Source of the DNA: Bacteroidota bacterium | GTDB lineage: Bacteria > Bacteroidota > Bacteroidia > Chitinophagales > Chitinophagaceae | Length of the DNA: 64,000 nt | NCBI GenBank assembly: GCA_040387755.1 | Contig: JAZKDB010000001.1 | Coordinates: 823,141 to 887,140, forward strand | Direction of reading: 5' to 3' | Program-made: the position numbers and the translations under genes | Shown here: piece by piece, positions 27,561 to 36,372 of the stretch | Position numbering within the stretch: the first letter of the stretch is position 1 | How the letters are laid out: each line of letters starts with the position of its first letter | The notes under the pieces: model-generated | The model's database searches: none | Told to the model about the DNA's origin: nothing | The model's input: the letters and a program-made list of their open reading frames with translations, nothing else

Positions 27561-29318
27561 TTATTTATCTGTAGAAGGTTTTTGAATACTTTTTTTATAC
27601 ATTTTGTCTAATAAAGCTTTTTTTGATTTTACTTTATTTAGATAGGCATTATGCTTTTCAATCTGCGTCAAATTGTAAATAGCATCTGTTTTCTTTTTGC
27701 CCGATTTGTCAATAAAATCATATACTACTACTTCTGACTTTAAATTATCTTTTTGCCAAATCATCTTTTTGGTTTTTAGAATCAAAAAATAATTATCATT
27801 TGCTGTTGATTTCACTTTTTTTGTTTCTATAGTTGTTGAATGCGGCTGACCCAAATGATGAATAAATGTTTGATAATGATTAGGGATGAAATGTGCTGTG
27901 AAATTAATCAAAATCTCGTTGTCAAATAATAACTCAATACCCTTAAAATTCAGGATATCAAGAATACCTGATTCTGCAATAATTCTATACCCATCTATAA
28001 AAATTGCTGAATTACTGCGTCCTGAGTCACTAAAAAGATTTTCTTTCGGGTTTTCAATTAGCTCTGTATGATAGTTCCAATTCAAAAATTTTGTTCTGTC
28101 ATTCAAATTCATGTATGGGGTTTTCTCTGTGTAGTATTCTTCCACGGTAAAAGTCTTGTACCATTTTATCTTGTCCTGAAAGGTAGTTTGGTCAATTATA
28201 TATCTACGTAAGATATTAATGTTGGATGTGTCTGATTTGTCGTTAAATAATGCCAGGCTGGATAATGCTTTTTTTACAGGTGCATTTTTACCATTTTTGG
28301 CAATCCATTCTGCTAATTTATCCTCGTTTTCTGCTACTCCGATTTTCATGTAAGGAGCTCCGATTGTATATTTGGCTAGGATAGACTGTGTTTTTTCCAC
28401 CCTGTTTTTTGTGTCGTTTTTTTTGCGAAAATCGGCCAAGGGCTCAAGGCCTATTTTTTGTCTTTCAGCATCTATTGTTTGCTCGGAGCTGTCATCATAA
28501 TATTCCAGGTAAACAGTTTCTTCGTCTTTGTAATAAGAAGCACCGTTGATGCTTAGGGGAAAATTCAGAATTACATCTTCGAATTTAAAAGAATGCCTTA
28601 ACTGTCTCTTTTCAATTAAATAAACAAATTTTCGGGCGTCAACATCAAAATTGCGAACTGCTTTATATAGCATGGTGTCAAATAAGTTGGGCAGACTATA
28701 AGAACCTTGATTGTGAAGAATAATAACAGCACATTCATTAAGAGTCTTTTCATCAGGCAAGCCATTTTTATTAAATATTTGCATCAGCCTTTGTGCAATA
28801 ATTGAGTCTGCTCTGTGTACCGAGTCAACCATGTAGTCTCCGTCATATAATTTTGAATAATACCCTCGAACGCCCTGATCCCAATTCACCAACTCCTTTA
28901 ATTGTTTTATTGCGGGATATTTTAAAGTATATTTCGTGTCAGACTGTTTGTTTATAAAAGACTTAAGCTTATCCAATGCGTCGCCTTGGTAATTGTCAAG
29001 AATTTTTTTAATTCCCGATGAGTCAATTTCTTTCTTTTGCATTCCTGAAAAATACTCTTCGGCCAGAGTATAGTTTTTACTATCCATTGCAGACAAAAAT
29101 GCATTTGTCAGGTCTCTGTTGAAACTTTTTCCTTTTGATACGATAAATGCCTCCTTGTAAAATTTATTTGCCAGATCAAAGTTTGAATCGCAAATTGCCA
29201 GTTCAGCTTTGTTGACCGCTACATAATAATCAGTAAATTTAGACTGTCCATACAAGGCAGATTTAAATGTTATTAGCAGGCAAACAAGCCATAATTTAGA
29301 ATATGATTTAAGTTTCAT
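27561..29318 (-). CDS. Hypothetical exported protein (N-terminal TPR-like helix pair and DUF6624-like segment)
   Basis: Signal peptide; YYVAVNKAELAI..ANKFYKEAF; WDQGVRG..DS..RLMQIFNKNGLP..IILHN; C-terminal half unrecognised. Confidence 0.6.
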   Translation of the reverse strand: MKLKSYSKLWLVCLLITFKSALYGQSKFTDYYVAVNKAELAICDSNFDLANKFYKEAFIVSKGKSFNRDLTNAFLSAMDSKNYTLAEEYFSGMQKKEIDSSGIKKILDNYQGDALDKLKSFINKQSDTKYTLKYPAIKQLKELVNWDQGVRGYYSKLYDGDYMVDSVHRADSIIAQRLMQIFNKNGLPDEKTLNECAVIILHNQGSYSLPNLFDTMLYKAVRNFDVDARKFVYLIEKRQLRHSFKFEDVILNFPLSINGASYYKDEETVYLEYYDDSSEQTIDAERQKIGLEPLADFRKKNDTKNRVEKTQSILAKYTIGAPYMKIGVAENEDKLAEWIAKNGKNAPVKKALSSLALFNDKSDTSNINILRRYIIDQTTFQDKIKWYKTFTVEEYYTEKTPYMNLNDRTKFLNWNYHTELIENPKENLFSDSGRSNSAIFIDGYRIIAESGILDILNFKGIELLFDNEILINFTAHFIPNHYQTFIHHLGQPHSTTIETKKVKSTANDNYFLILKTKKMIWQKDNLKSEVVVYDFIDKSGKKKTDAIYNLTQIEKHNAYLNKVKSKKALLDKMYKKSIQKPSTDK

Positions 29319-29485
29319 TCTGTCATTTTAAACTAACTAAAATAAAGAATTAATTCCATAGAAGGACACAGATTTAATAACTGTGTTTTTTTATGTCATA
29401 TATGTTTGGGTTTTATTGACTCAAATTGATTTGACAGCCAACAATTTTAAATTTTTAAAGGAAATAGCTCTGGATGTTGTTGTAT

Positions 29486-29521
29486 AAAAAAATGAAACTC
29501 GCAGGGAGTGCGAGTTTCATT
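29486..29521 (-). terminator. Intrinsic terminator of tRNA-Arg
   Basis: 13-bp inverted repeat AATGAAACTCGCA / TGCGAGTTTCATT followed on the minus strand by a T run. Confidence 0.85.
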
Positions 29522-29526
29522 AACAG

Positions 29527-29598
29527 TGGCTTCGCCAAGAATCGAACTTGGATTTGGAGCTTCGGAAACTCTCGTACTATCCATTGTACTACGAAGCC
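29527..29598 (-). tRNA. tRNA-Arg (anticodon CCG), CCA not encoded
   Basis: GGCTTCG acceptor stem, D-arm GTAC-AATGGATA-GTAC, anticodon loop TTCCGAA, T-arm CCAAG-TTCGATT-CTTGG, 3' CGAAGCC-A. Confidence 0.93.
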
Positions 29599-29618
29599 TT
29601 TGCTTTTTTCAAAGAGCG

Positions 29619-29626
29619 CAAAGTTA
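29619..29626 (-). promoter_or_regulatory. -7 promoter box for tRNA-Arg
   Basis: Minus strand TAACTTTG(C), 20 nt upstream of the tRNA 5' end. Confidence 0.7.
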
Positions 29627-29689
29627 TTGTTTTATGTTGCATATTTCTAATTGTGATTAAAGTATTTTTGGCAACAATTTTACCGTTTT

Positions 29690-30148
29690 ATGAAAAGATA
29701 TTTACCTCTCATTTCTCTACTTGCAGCATTGTCGCTCATAGCTGGATATATGCTTTCACGTATGTCTTTTTTGGCACGCACAGCTATTAGTGTTTTCAAA
29801 AAGAAATACTATTATTATTCGTTTATGAAGATTTGGTGGAAAGGAGCATTGTTTAATTTTACAATACTTGCTTTGTTATTGGTTTTACAGATTTGGTTGC
29901 AGTCAAAATTGAATAAGCAAAAAGCTTTTTTGATGAACCTTTGTTGCTTGGTTTTGGCTGTTCTGGGCTTGTATTTTACTTATAGCGATTTTCGTACAGA
30001 TTTATCACATCGCCTGGCTGGAGAGCGTTTGCACTTAGGCTTTTATTTGTTTTGGATAGGTTGGATGTGCATTTCCATTTTTATGCTTTGGCAAAATACG
30101 TTACGAACAACTACAAGTGTAGATAAAACGGGCTCAACAAATCTATAA
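29690..30148 (+). CDS. Hypothetical membrane protein (about 4 TM)
   Basis: Four hydrophobic segments, HRLAGERLHLGFYLFWIGW. Confidence 0.7.
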   Translation: MKRYLPLISLLAALSLIAGYMLSRMSFLARTAISVFKKKYYYYSFMKIWWKGALFNFTILALLLVLQIWLQSKLNKQKAFLMNLCCLVLAVLGLYFTYSDFRTDLSHRLAGERLHLGFYLFWIGWMCISIFMLWQNTLRTTTSVDKTGSTNL

Positions 30149-30821
30149 ACTCCTTTGTGTATAGCTTCTGTTCTTTATAAATCACCAGTTCTTCGCGAAA
30201 AGGAATATCATCTTTATAATTCAAAAGAACAATTATCCTATTGGGTTCCTGATGTGCAAAAGGCTTTATCAGCAAGCTTCCTGATTGTTTTAATTGGGTT
30301 TTTTTTATGGCTGTCTCACATCTGGTCATTTCAGAAATCGGTAACAGAATACTCGCTGTTCCTTCACTCTTCAGATTGACCGAGACAACTTTTAATAAGT
30401 CATCAAAGCTAAAATCATCATTATGCCGCGCCATATTTCTGATTTGATTATTCCCTTTTAAGCTATTGGAAAAAAATGGAGGATTGCAAATGATTAAATC
30501 ATATCGCAGGTCATTTTGCCATGCTTTTGCATCATATTCTATTACCGAAATTTGATTAAAGAATATTGAATTGGATATATTTTCACTGGCCTGTTTTGCT
30601 GCAGATGAATCAATTTCCAATGCATCAATTTTTAGGCTTTCATTTCTTTGTGCCAGCATCAGAGACAATAATCCTGTCCCTGTGCCGATGTCCAATACAG
30701 TTTTGCTTTCAGGAGGTATAGGTGTCCATGCACCTAGAATGCAAGCATCAGTACTTACTTTCATGGCGCATTGGTCCTGTTCAATGAGCATTTGTTTGAA
30801 TTGGAAATAATCTTTACTCAT
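30111..30821 (-). CDS. trmN6: tRNA1(Val) (adenine37-N6)-methyltransferase (YfiC/TrmN6 family)
   Basis: Start moved to ATG 30821 (MSKDYFQFKQ). CAMKVSTDACILGAW, VLDIGTGTGLL, IICNPPFF, ARH. Overlaps the tsaD stop. Confidence 0.88.
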   Translation of the reverse strand: MSKDYFQFKQMLIEQDQCAMKVSTDACILGAWTPIPPESKTVLDIGTGTGLLSLMLAQRNESLKIDALEIDSSAAKQASENISNSIFFNQISVIEYDAKAWQNDLRYDLIICNPPFFSNSLKGNNQIRNMARHNDDFSFDDLLKVVSVNLKSEGTASILLPISEMTRCETAIKKTQLKQSGSLLIKPFAHQEPNRIIVLLNYKDDIPFREELVIYKEQKLYTKEFIDLLSPFYLHL

Positions 30822-31821
30822 GATGCCATGTAGAGCGAGCTGAAGGGGTCGTGGATAAGTCAGCATATTCGCCTGCCAACTGCTTATAATGTGCTGCAAT
30901 AGCAATCATCGCGGCGTTGTCGGTGCAATATTGAAAATCTGGAATATAAACCTTCCATTCATTTTGTTCTCCCAAATCTGTTACTGCTTTGCGTAATCCG
31001 CTATTGGCCGAAACTCCACCGGCAATACCAATATGTTTTACGTTCAAATCTTTTGCTGCTTTTTTTAATTTCAACATTAAAGTTTCGATAATGGTGTATT
31101 GGACAGAAGCGCAGATATCGTTCAGGTTTTCGCTGATGAATTCAGGATTTCCTTTTTTCTGTTTTTGAAGAAAATATAGAACAGATGTTTTTAGACCACT
31201 AAAGGTAAATTGATATCCGGGCAGACTTGAGATAGGAAAGGGAAAGCGAAGTGGATTTCCGGATGAAGCAAGTTTGTCCACTAAAGGACCTCCCGGATAG
31301 GCTAGTCCAAGCATTTTGGCCGTTTTGTCAAACGCTTCTCCCGCAGCATCGTCAATTGTTTCTCCAATCACTGTCATTTCAAGATGACTTTTGCACAAAA
31401 CCAGCTGTGTATGACCACCTGAAACTGTAAGACAAAGAAAAGGGAAATCCGGCTTAGGCTCTGCAATGAAATGGGCTAACACATGAGCTTGCATGTGGTG
31501 TACTGCAATAAGTGGTAGTTTTCTGGATTGTGCAAATGCTTTTGCAAATCCTGCCCCGACTAATAAGGAACCAATCAGGCCCGGCGATTGGGTAAAAGCA
31601 ACAGCTTCTATGCCTTCTATACTCATTTGGGCATTATTAAGTGCAACGGCTACCACAGGTACAATGTTCTGTATATGCGCCCTAGATGCCATTTCCGGCA
31701 CGACCCCCCCGTATTGTTCATGCACTTTTTGTGTGGCAATAACATTGCTCAATACCACTCCGTCTGCTATAACTGCTGCACTAGTGTCGTCGCAGGAAGT
31801 TTCAATTGCCAAAATATTCAT
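30814..31821 (-). CDS. tsaD: tRNA N6-threonylcarbamoyltransferase
   Basis: IETSCDDTSAAV, GGVVPEMASRAH, HHMQAH, VSGGHT, DDAAGEAFDK, TDNAAMIA. Confidence 0.98.
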   Translation of the reverse strand: MNILAIETSCDDTSAAVIADGVVLSNVIATQKVHEQYGGVVPEMASRAHIQNIVPVVAVALNNAQMSIEGIEAVAFTQSPGLIGSLLVGAGFAKAFAQSRKLPLIAVHHMQAHVLAHFIAEPKPDFPFLCLTVSGGHTQLVLCKSHLEMTVIGETIDDAAGEAFDKTAKMLGLAYPGGPLVDKLASSGNPLRFPFPISSLPGYQFTFSGLKTSVLYFLQKQKKGNPEFISENLNDICASVQYTIIETLMLKLKKAAKDLNVKHIGIAGGVSANSGLRKAVTDLGEQNEWKVYIPDFQYCTDNAAMIAIAAHYKQLAGEYADLSTTPSARSTWHHE

Positions 31822-31843
31822 ATCCCCTTTCCCTTCAATTATA

Positions 31844-34417
31844 TTAAAAAATACTTGCCTTATCCTGTTCGTTTACCCTAATGGCACTGCCCAACTTGAA
31901 TCCTACACGAATGCCCATAGTGCTTTGCTTATAGCTATCCCAGCTCTTTATAAAGTCACAACGAATACCCCTGAAAATTTTGTATCCAATATTATCTACC
32001 CCTACGAATGCTTCTGTATAATATTGCTTTTGGTCAACATAAAAGCTGTTATTCCCCAGTACGAAATACCAGTGAGCCTGACGGAATAGTGGTATTTTGT
32101 TGGAGATGAGACCTTTTAAATAATATTCAATATGAAATTCGCCATAAATTTTGGCCACATTGCTGTAGCGATAGTAAGGGGCCAATTGAAACGAACGCAA
32201 AAATGGAGTTGCCAGATTATAGCTGTTTCCCAGCAAGTGTTTCATGTCTGGAATCTGAACATTTTTATCATTTAAAAACCCTCCGACAATGGCGTTGTAT
32301 TCAAAGCTTCCTAATCGTTTAATATTTACCTCATCCTGAATTTTAAAATGCCATTTGTCAAAATCAACATCACTATTCAGCAAGTTTGGAATCCCTTTTT
32401 GATATTGAATAGAGAATACAGGAGCCTTGCTTCCTTGTGGTACTTTGCGCTCAGGATATTGCGTATAATGCACTCCTGGCTGAAAAGATATGTGTACAGC
32501 TGCAATCATGGCCTGATGACGTAACATGGGAGCTGGAGCAAATTCTATTGGTAGGTTATCACTATATGCCTGTATGTTTTTATTCTGTACGAAGGAATAG
32601 TTGGTCGTATTCTGAAGTGGGATTCTGTCTTCGTATTGTAATGATGCATTCCACGAAAAACCATTGCCAAAATTTCTTTTTATTTGTACACCTGCTATCC
32701 AACGTTCAAAAATTTTAAAATAATTGAGTTGCTGGACAAGAGAAACGTAGCTATTCACCAATTCTCCTACAGGTTGTTCATTGTTTAACTGGCTGATATA
32801 CTTACCACCTGCCAAGGCAGCTGACCAATTGCGTCCGGACCAGCTTTTATTGTTTTCAGTATAGCGCAATAATCCTTTGGCGTTGAAGTGTGTGTTGGAA
32901 AAGCCGTAACGCAATTGTGTTTCTGCAGAGAAAATTTTACCAGTGTCTATTCGTTGGCGAAAAGAAATTGTTGGTGCATAATTAAGTCCTTCAACAGTAT
33001 TAAAATTAAGATCGTACACAATTCCGGATACTGCAAAACGTCTTTTGTATTCCTTGCTGTTAAAGCTTAATCCATCCAAAAAGATTTCAGATACCCTTAC
33101 TTTATTGGCGCGTTTTCTGAGGGAATCAATCCGTTTCGGGTCAGTGTCTACTTTATGGATGCTGTCTTTATAATCATAATTTTTCAATTCGTCTGCTTCC
33201 AATGCAACAGGTCTCAAAGATTGCCAATACGTACTGTCTCTTTTAGTAGCATCGCGCTGATAAGTAATGGTCACTTTCTTATTAAAGATGCTATCCGGGA
33301 TTGGTTGGTTTACTTTTTGGTTGTCATACACCGTTACAAAATTTCCGGAAATATCGAAACCAAAAAGGTTGAGGGTAGGGTAGAAAACCTGGTTTTTAAT
33401 TACCCAAAAATCTTTGCCTAATGGTATATAGACTTGTTCGGTTTTTAATGTATCCAACATGTCAAGACCTTGTTTTTGGGTGAGCAGAAATTGCACACTA
33501 TGTATGGCCCAGTCTTCGTCAGCAATATAAATATCACCTGTAAAGCAGCGTTCAAAATTCCTTTTTGGCGTTACTTTTATTTTATAGATTAAGCGGTCAT
33601 TTTCCCTGAACTCACCCATTAATTTATAGGTGTAAGAATTAAGTGCTGAGTTGCTTATTGGGGATACAAACCCCAAGTCATTTGCTCCACTTCCTAATAA
33701 TACATTGACATTGTTTTCGTAGAAGTTTATAACAGGTGGAACACTGCCCATGCCTACACCATTGGGGTCTCCGCTTTCTTTTACCGAGCGGATAATCAGT
33801 TTATTTTTGTTGCCACTGGTATAATAATCAGCTATTTGTTCTGCCAGATATAAAACCCCTTTTCCCGAAGAGTCAAGCCCCATAGAGCCATTCATATCTT
33901 TTTTGTTTTCCTCTTTTATTTTGATGCCCATTATATTGTCCGGCATTTTACGATTGCGCAATACACCTTTCAGGTAGATTTCTGACTGAAATGATTGCAT
34001 CTGTTTTAAGTAAAAACTACGCTTCTTAATTGCGTTACGGATGATACGATAGGCAGGATCTTCTCCACCTGATTTGATTACAATGTCTTTGAGCTCGTAG
34101 CCCTGTACAATCAATGTGAAATTGTGTTGTGCAGATTCATTGGCAGAAAGATTAAGGCTAAATTCAGTTTGTTTATAGCCTATGTATTGAGCCTGCAAAA
34201 TATATTTTCCTTCGGGTAAGTTCAATGTATAAAATCCATCTGCATTTGCGCTGGTACCAAGACTGGTGCCTTTTATCAGTACGCTGGCAAAGGCAAGAGG
34301 AAGGCCATCTTCGTCTTGTATTTTACCACTTACTTTTCCGGCAATGGCAAAACCAGAGCTATTTAATACAAGCAGGAGGCACAGGAGGGATTGTTGATAG
34401 AACCTAATCATGGGCAA
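31844..34417 (-). CDS. Outer-membrane protein, carboxypeptidase-regulatory-like N-domain + DUF5686-type barrel
   Basis: GKIQDEDGLPLAFASVLIKGTSLGTSANADGFY N-domain, DPAYRIIRNAIKKR, FNTVEG, long beta-strand C-terminus. Confidence 0.85.
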   Translation of the reverse strand: MPMIRFYQQSLLCLLLVLNSSGFAIAGKVSGKIQDEDGLPLAFASVLIKGTSLGTSANADGFYTLNLPEGKYILQAQYIGYKQTEFSLNLSANESAQHNFTLIVQGYELKDIVIKSGGEDPAYRIIRNAIKKRSFYLKQMQSFQSEIYLKGVLRNRKMPDNIMGIKIKEENKKDMNGSMGLDSSGKGVLYLAEQIADYYTSGNKNKLIIRSVKESGDPNGVGMGSVPPVINFYENNVNVLLGSGANDLGFVSPISNSALNSYTYKLMGEFRENDRLIYKIKVTPKRNFERCFTGDIYIADEDWAIHSVQFLLTQKQGLDMLDTLKTEQVYIPLGKDFWVIKNQVFYPTLNLFGFDISGNFVTVYDNQKVNQPIPDSIFNKKVTITYQRDATKRDSTYWQSLRPVALEADELKNYDYKDSIHKVDTDPKRIDSLRKRANKVRVSEIFLDGLSFNSKEYKRRFAVSGIVYDLNFNTVEGLNYAPTISFRQRIDTGKIFSAETQLRYGFSNTHFNAKGLLRYTENNKSWSGRNWSAALAGGKYISQLNNEQPVGELVNSYVSLVQQLNYFKIFERWIAGVQIKRNFGNGFSWNASLQYEDRIPLQNTTNYSFVQNKNIQAYSDNLPIEFAPAPMLRHQAMIAAVHISFQPGVHYTQYPERKVPQGSKAPVFSIQYQKGIPNLLNSDVDFDKWHFKIQDEVNIKRLGSFEYNAIVGGFLNDKNVQIPDMKHLLGNSYNLATPFLRSFQLAPYYRYSNVAKIYGEFHIEYYLKGLISNKIPLFRQAHWYFVLGNNSFYVDQKQYYTEAFVGVDNIGYKIFRGIRCDFIKSWDSYKQSTMGIRVGFKLGSAIRVNEQDKASIF

Positions 34418-34496
34418 GAGATAATTTTGTCAGCAAAACAAATCAATAACAACCGGTTAATAAAGTAATCGACCGAATATTAACCGAAAGTTTGCT

Positions 34497-35132
34497 CTAA
34501 AACAAGCCGTGGAAATGCGTATCGATTTTGCTGATTACTTCTGCAAAGTCTTCTTTGTTTTCTTCAAAGTCCAGTTTGTCCAGGTCAATAATGAGTAGCG
34601 CTCCATCTTTATAACCATCAATCCATTTATTGTAAAACTCATTGAGTCTCTTTAAATAATCCAGGCGGATATTCTCTTCGTATTCCCTGCCACGTTTTTG
34701 TATCTGATCTACTAATTTGGGTACCGAGGCTTTAAGGTAAATCAGCAAGTCAGGAGGATTAATCAATTGCTTCAGATTATTGAAAAATGATTGGTAATTC
34801 TCAAAATCTCGTCCTGCCATCAAGCCCATTTCATATAGGTTTGGAGCAAATATTGCAGCGTCTTCGTAAATGGTTCTATCCTGAATGACTGATTTTTGAC
34901 CGGCGGTGATAGCTAGCTGTTGCCTTATTCGGCTATTCAAAAAGTACATTTGTACATTAAAAGACCAGCGTGGCATATCATCGTAAAAGTCGGCCAGATA
35001 AGGATTGTGCTCCACATCTTCAAAATAAGGCTCCCAGCCATAATGTTTGGCAAGCATCTCGGTAAGGGTGGTTTTGCCGGCACCAATATTGCCTGCCACG
35101 GCTATGTGTTTTGGGGTAGTTTTTTGAGCCAT
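34497..35132 (-). CDS. Deoxynucleoside kinase
   Basis: VAGNIGAGKTT, NPYLADFY, QDRTIYED, IQKRGREYE. Confidence 0.95.
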   Translation of the reverse strand: MAQKTTPKHIAVAGNIGAGKTTLTEMLAKHYGWEPYFEDVEHNPYLADFYDDMPRWSFNVQMYFLNSRIRQQLAITAGQKSVIQDRTIYEDAAIFAPNLYEMGLMAGRDFENYQSFFNNLKQLINPPDLLIYLKASVPKLVDQIQKRGREYEENIRLDYLKRLNEFYNKWIDGYKDGALLIIDLDKLDFEENKEDFAEVISKIDTHFHGLF

Positions 35133-35224
35133 ATTGCCTTTTGAAAATAGAGCTGCAAAATAGACATTTTCAGCGTGTTAATTAACAAAAGGAAGGCATA
35201 TTTATTTTTGAGCTGCTTTTGCTT

Positions 35225-35686
35225 TTATTTTGTTTTTGCAATCTGTTTTCCAATGGCAGATAAGGCCATTTTTTCATTTCTGTTGAAAGTCTTTATGTAT
35301 TCCATTTTCCGAAAACGTAAGGCACTCCAGTCTTCATCAATGGCTACCATTCTGACACTTTCCAGATTGAATTTCCCCATCATATCCCAGCCTTTGTCCC
35401 TGTTAAAATCGCAAGTGTATTTTTTTGAACTCCCTTTTGGATAACACATCCACAGGATTGCATCCCCTTCCATCATGGGTGCAATGAGTTTTATGGCTTC
35501 ATCAATTTCCTTTTGTTTTATGCAGAAGACAATTGCAAATTCTATTTTGTCCTTTGCTCCTATTTTTTTTCTGACGGAAGTATTTGTTTCTATTGAGCTC
35601 AGGTTTGCATCGAATGATTCCGGCGCATTCAGCACAACGATTTGTTTTTGTTCTTTGAAGTTTAGTTTTTTAAACAAGGCATCCAT
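35225..35686 (-). CDS. Conserved hypothetical protein (DUF3052-like)
   Basis: Start moved to ATG 35686 (MDALFKKLN). LWMCYPKGSSKKY..DFNRDKGW, VAIDEDWSALRFR. Confidence 0.75.
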   Translation of the reverse strand: MDALFKKLNFKEQKQIVVLNAPESFDANLSSIETNTSVRKKIGAKDKIEFAIVFCIKQKEIDEAIKLIAPMMEGDAILWMCYPKGSSKKYTCDFNRDKGWDMMGKFNLESVRMVAIDEDWSALRFRKMEYIKTFNRNEKMALSAIGKQIAKTK

Positions 35687-35725
35687 AGCTTTCAAAAGTA
35701 GTTTTTTCTTTTTTTTTTTGAGCGC

Positions 35726-35758
35726 AAAAAAAGCCACCAACTATTTTTGGCGGCTTTT
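35726..35758 (-). terminator. Intrinsic terminator of hsp20
   Basis: Minus strand AAAAGCCGCCA-loop-TGGTGGC followed by T7; stem closes with one G-U pair only on this strand. Confidence 0.8.
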
Positions 35759-35784
35759 AAACTTTTAAACTTTTCTCAATTTAC

Positions 35785-36213
35785 TTATTGTACTGCAATA
35801 GAGACTGCTTTGGCTTCTTCTTTTTCTTTTTTCGGAAGACTCACATTGAGGATACCATTTTCATAAGTTGCTTTGATAGCAGCAGCATCAATTTTTTCGT
35901 TGAGGCTGAAACTGCGCTTGAATGAACTCATTTTGAACTCTTGGCGCAGCCATTTTTCGTCTGTTTCTTTACTTTCTTCTTTGTGTTCAAATGCAATGGT
36001 GAGTAGATTTTTGTCTACATCAATTTTAAAATCTTCTTTGTTTAATCCTGGTGCAAGCAAATGCAATTCATATTGGTCTGCTGTTTCGCGGATGTTTACG
36101 GAAGCTCCTTGCTTTGCTTTGTAATCTGTAAAGGATGATTCAGGGTTCATTAATCCTTCCAATAAGTTTGCAAAATGAACCGGTGCATGATGAAATCTTG
36201 TTTTGTTGTACAT
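35785..36213 (-). CDS. Small heat-shock protein (Hsp20/alpha-crystallin)
   Basis: VNIRET, APGLNKEDFKI, SFKRSFSL, ATYENGILNVSLPK. Confidence 0.95.
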   Translation of the reverse strand: MYNKTRFHHAPVHFANLLEGLMNPESSFTDYKAKQGASVNIRETADQYELHLLAPGLNKEDFKIDVDKNLLTIAFEHKEESKETDEKWLRQEFKMSSFKRSFSLNEKIDAAAIKATYENGILNVSLPKKEKEEAKAVSIAVQ

Positions 36214-36372
36214 AGTTTTTAAATTTTAAGATTGTTAGATTTTTTATTGTTTACAATCTATGCTTCAAACCAAATACCAAAATAAAAAACAAGACATTTT
36301 GTCCTGTTTTTTATTTTTTAATGCCAAAATTTCCGATTTTATACTATTTGTGCTGCCAAATCTGACTTAGTT

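Noticed and set aside
29548-29790. 80-aa + strand ORF
   Set aside because: Overlaps tRNA-Arg antisense and the next CDS; no protein features
30822-30905. Long overlap of the methyltransferase ORF with tsaD
   Set aside because: The real start is probably ATG 30821, leaving an ordinary 8-bp coupling overlap
34454-34486. 9-bp inverted repeat CGGTTAATA-N15-TATTAACCG
   Set aside because: Long loop and weak stem; most simply a poor terminator after the deoxynucleoside kinase; nothing supports more
35687-35740. Poly-Lys N-terminus (LKKKKKK) and T11 run as a phase-variation site
   Set aside because: Lies upstream of the likely start (35686) and next to the hsp20 terminator; non-coding
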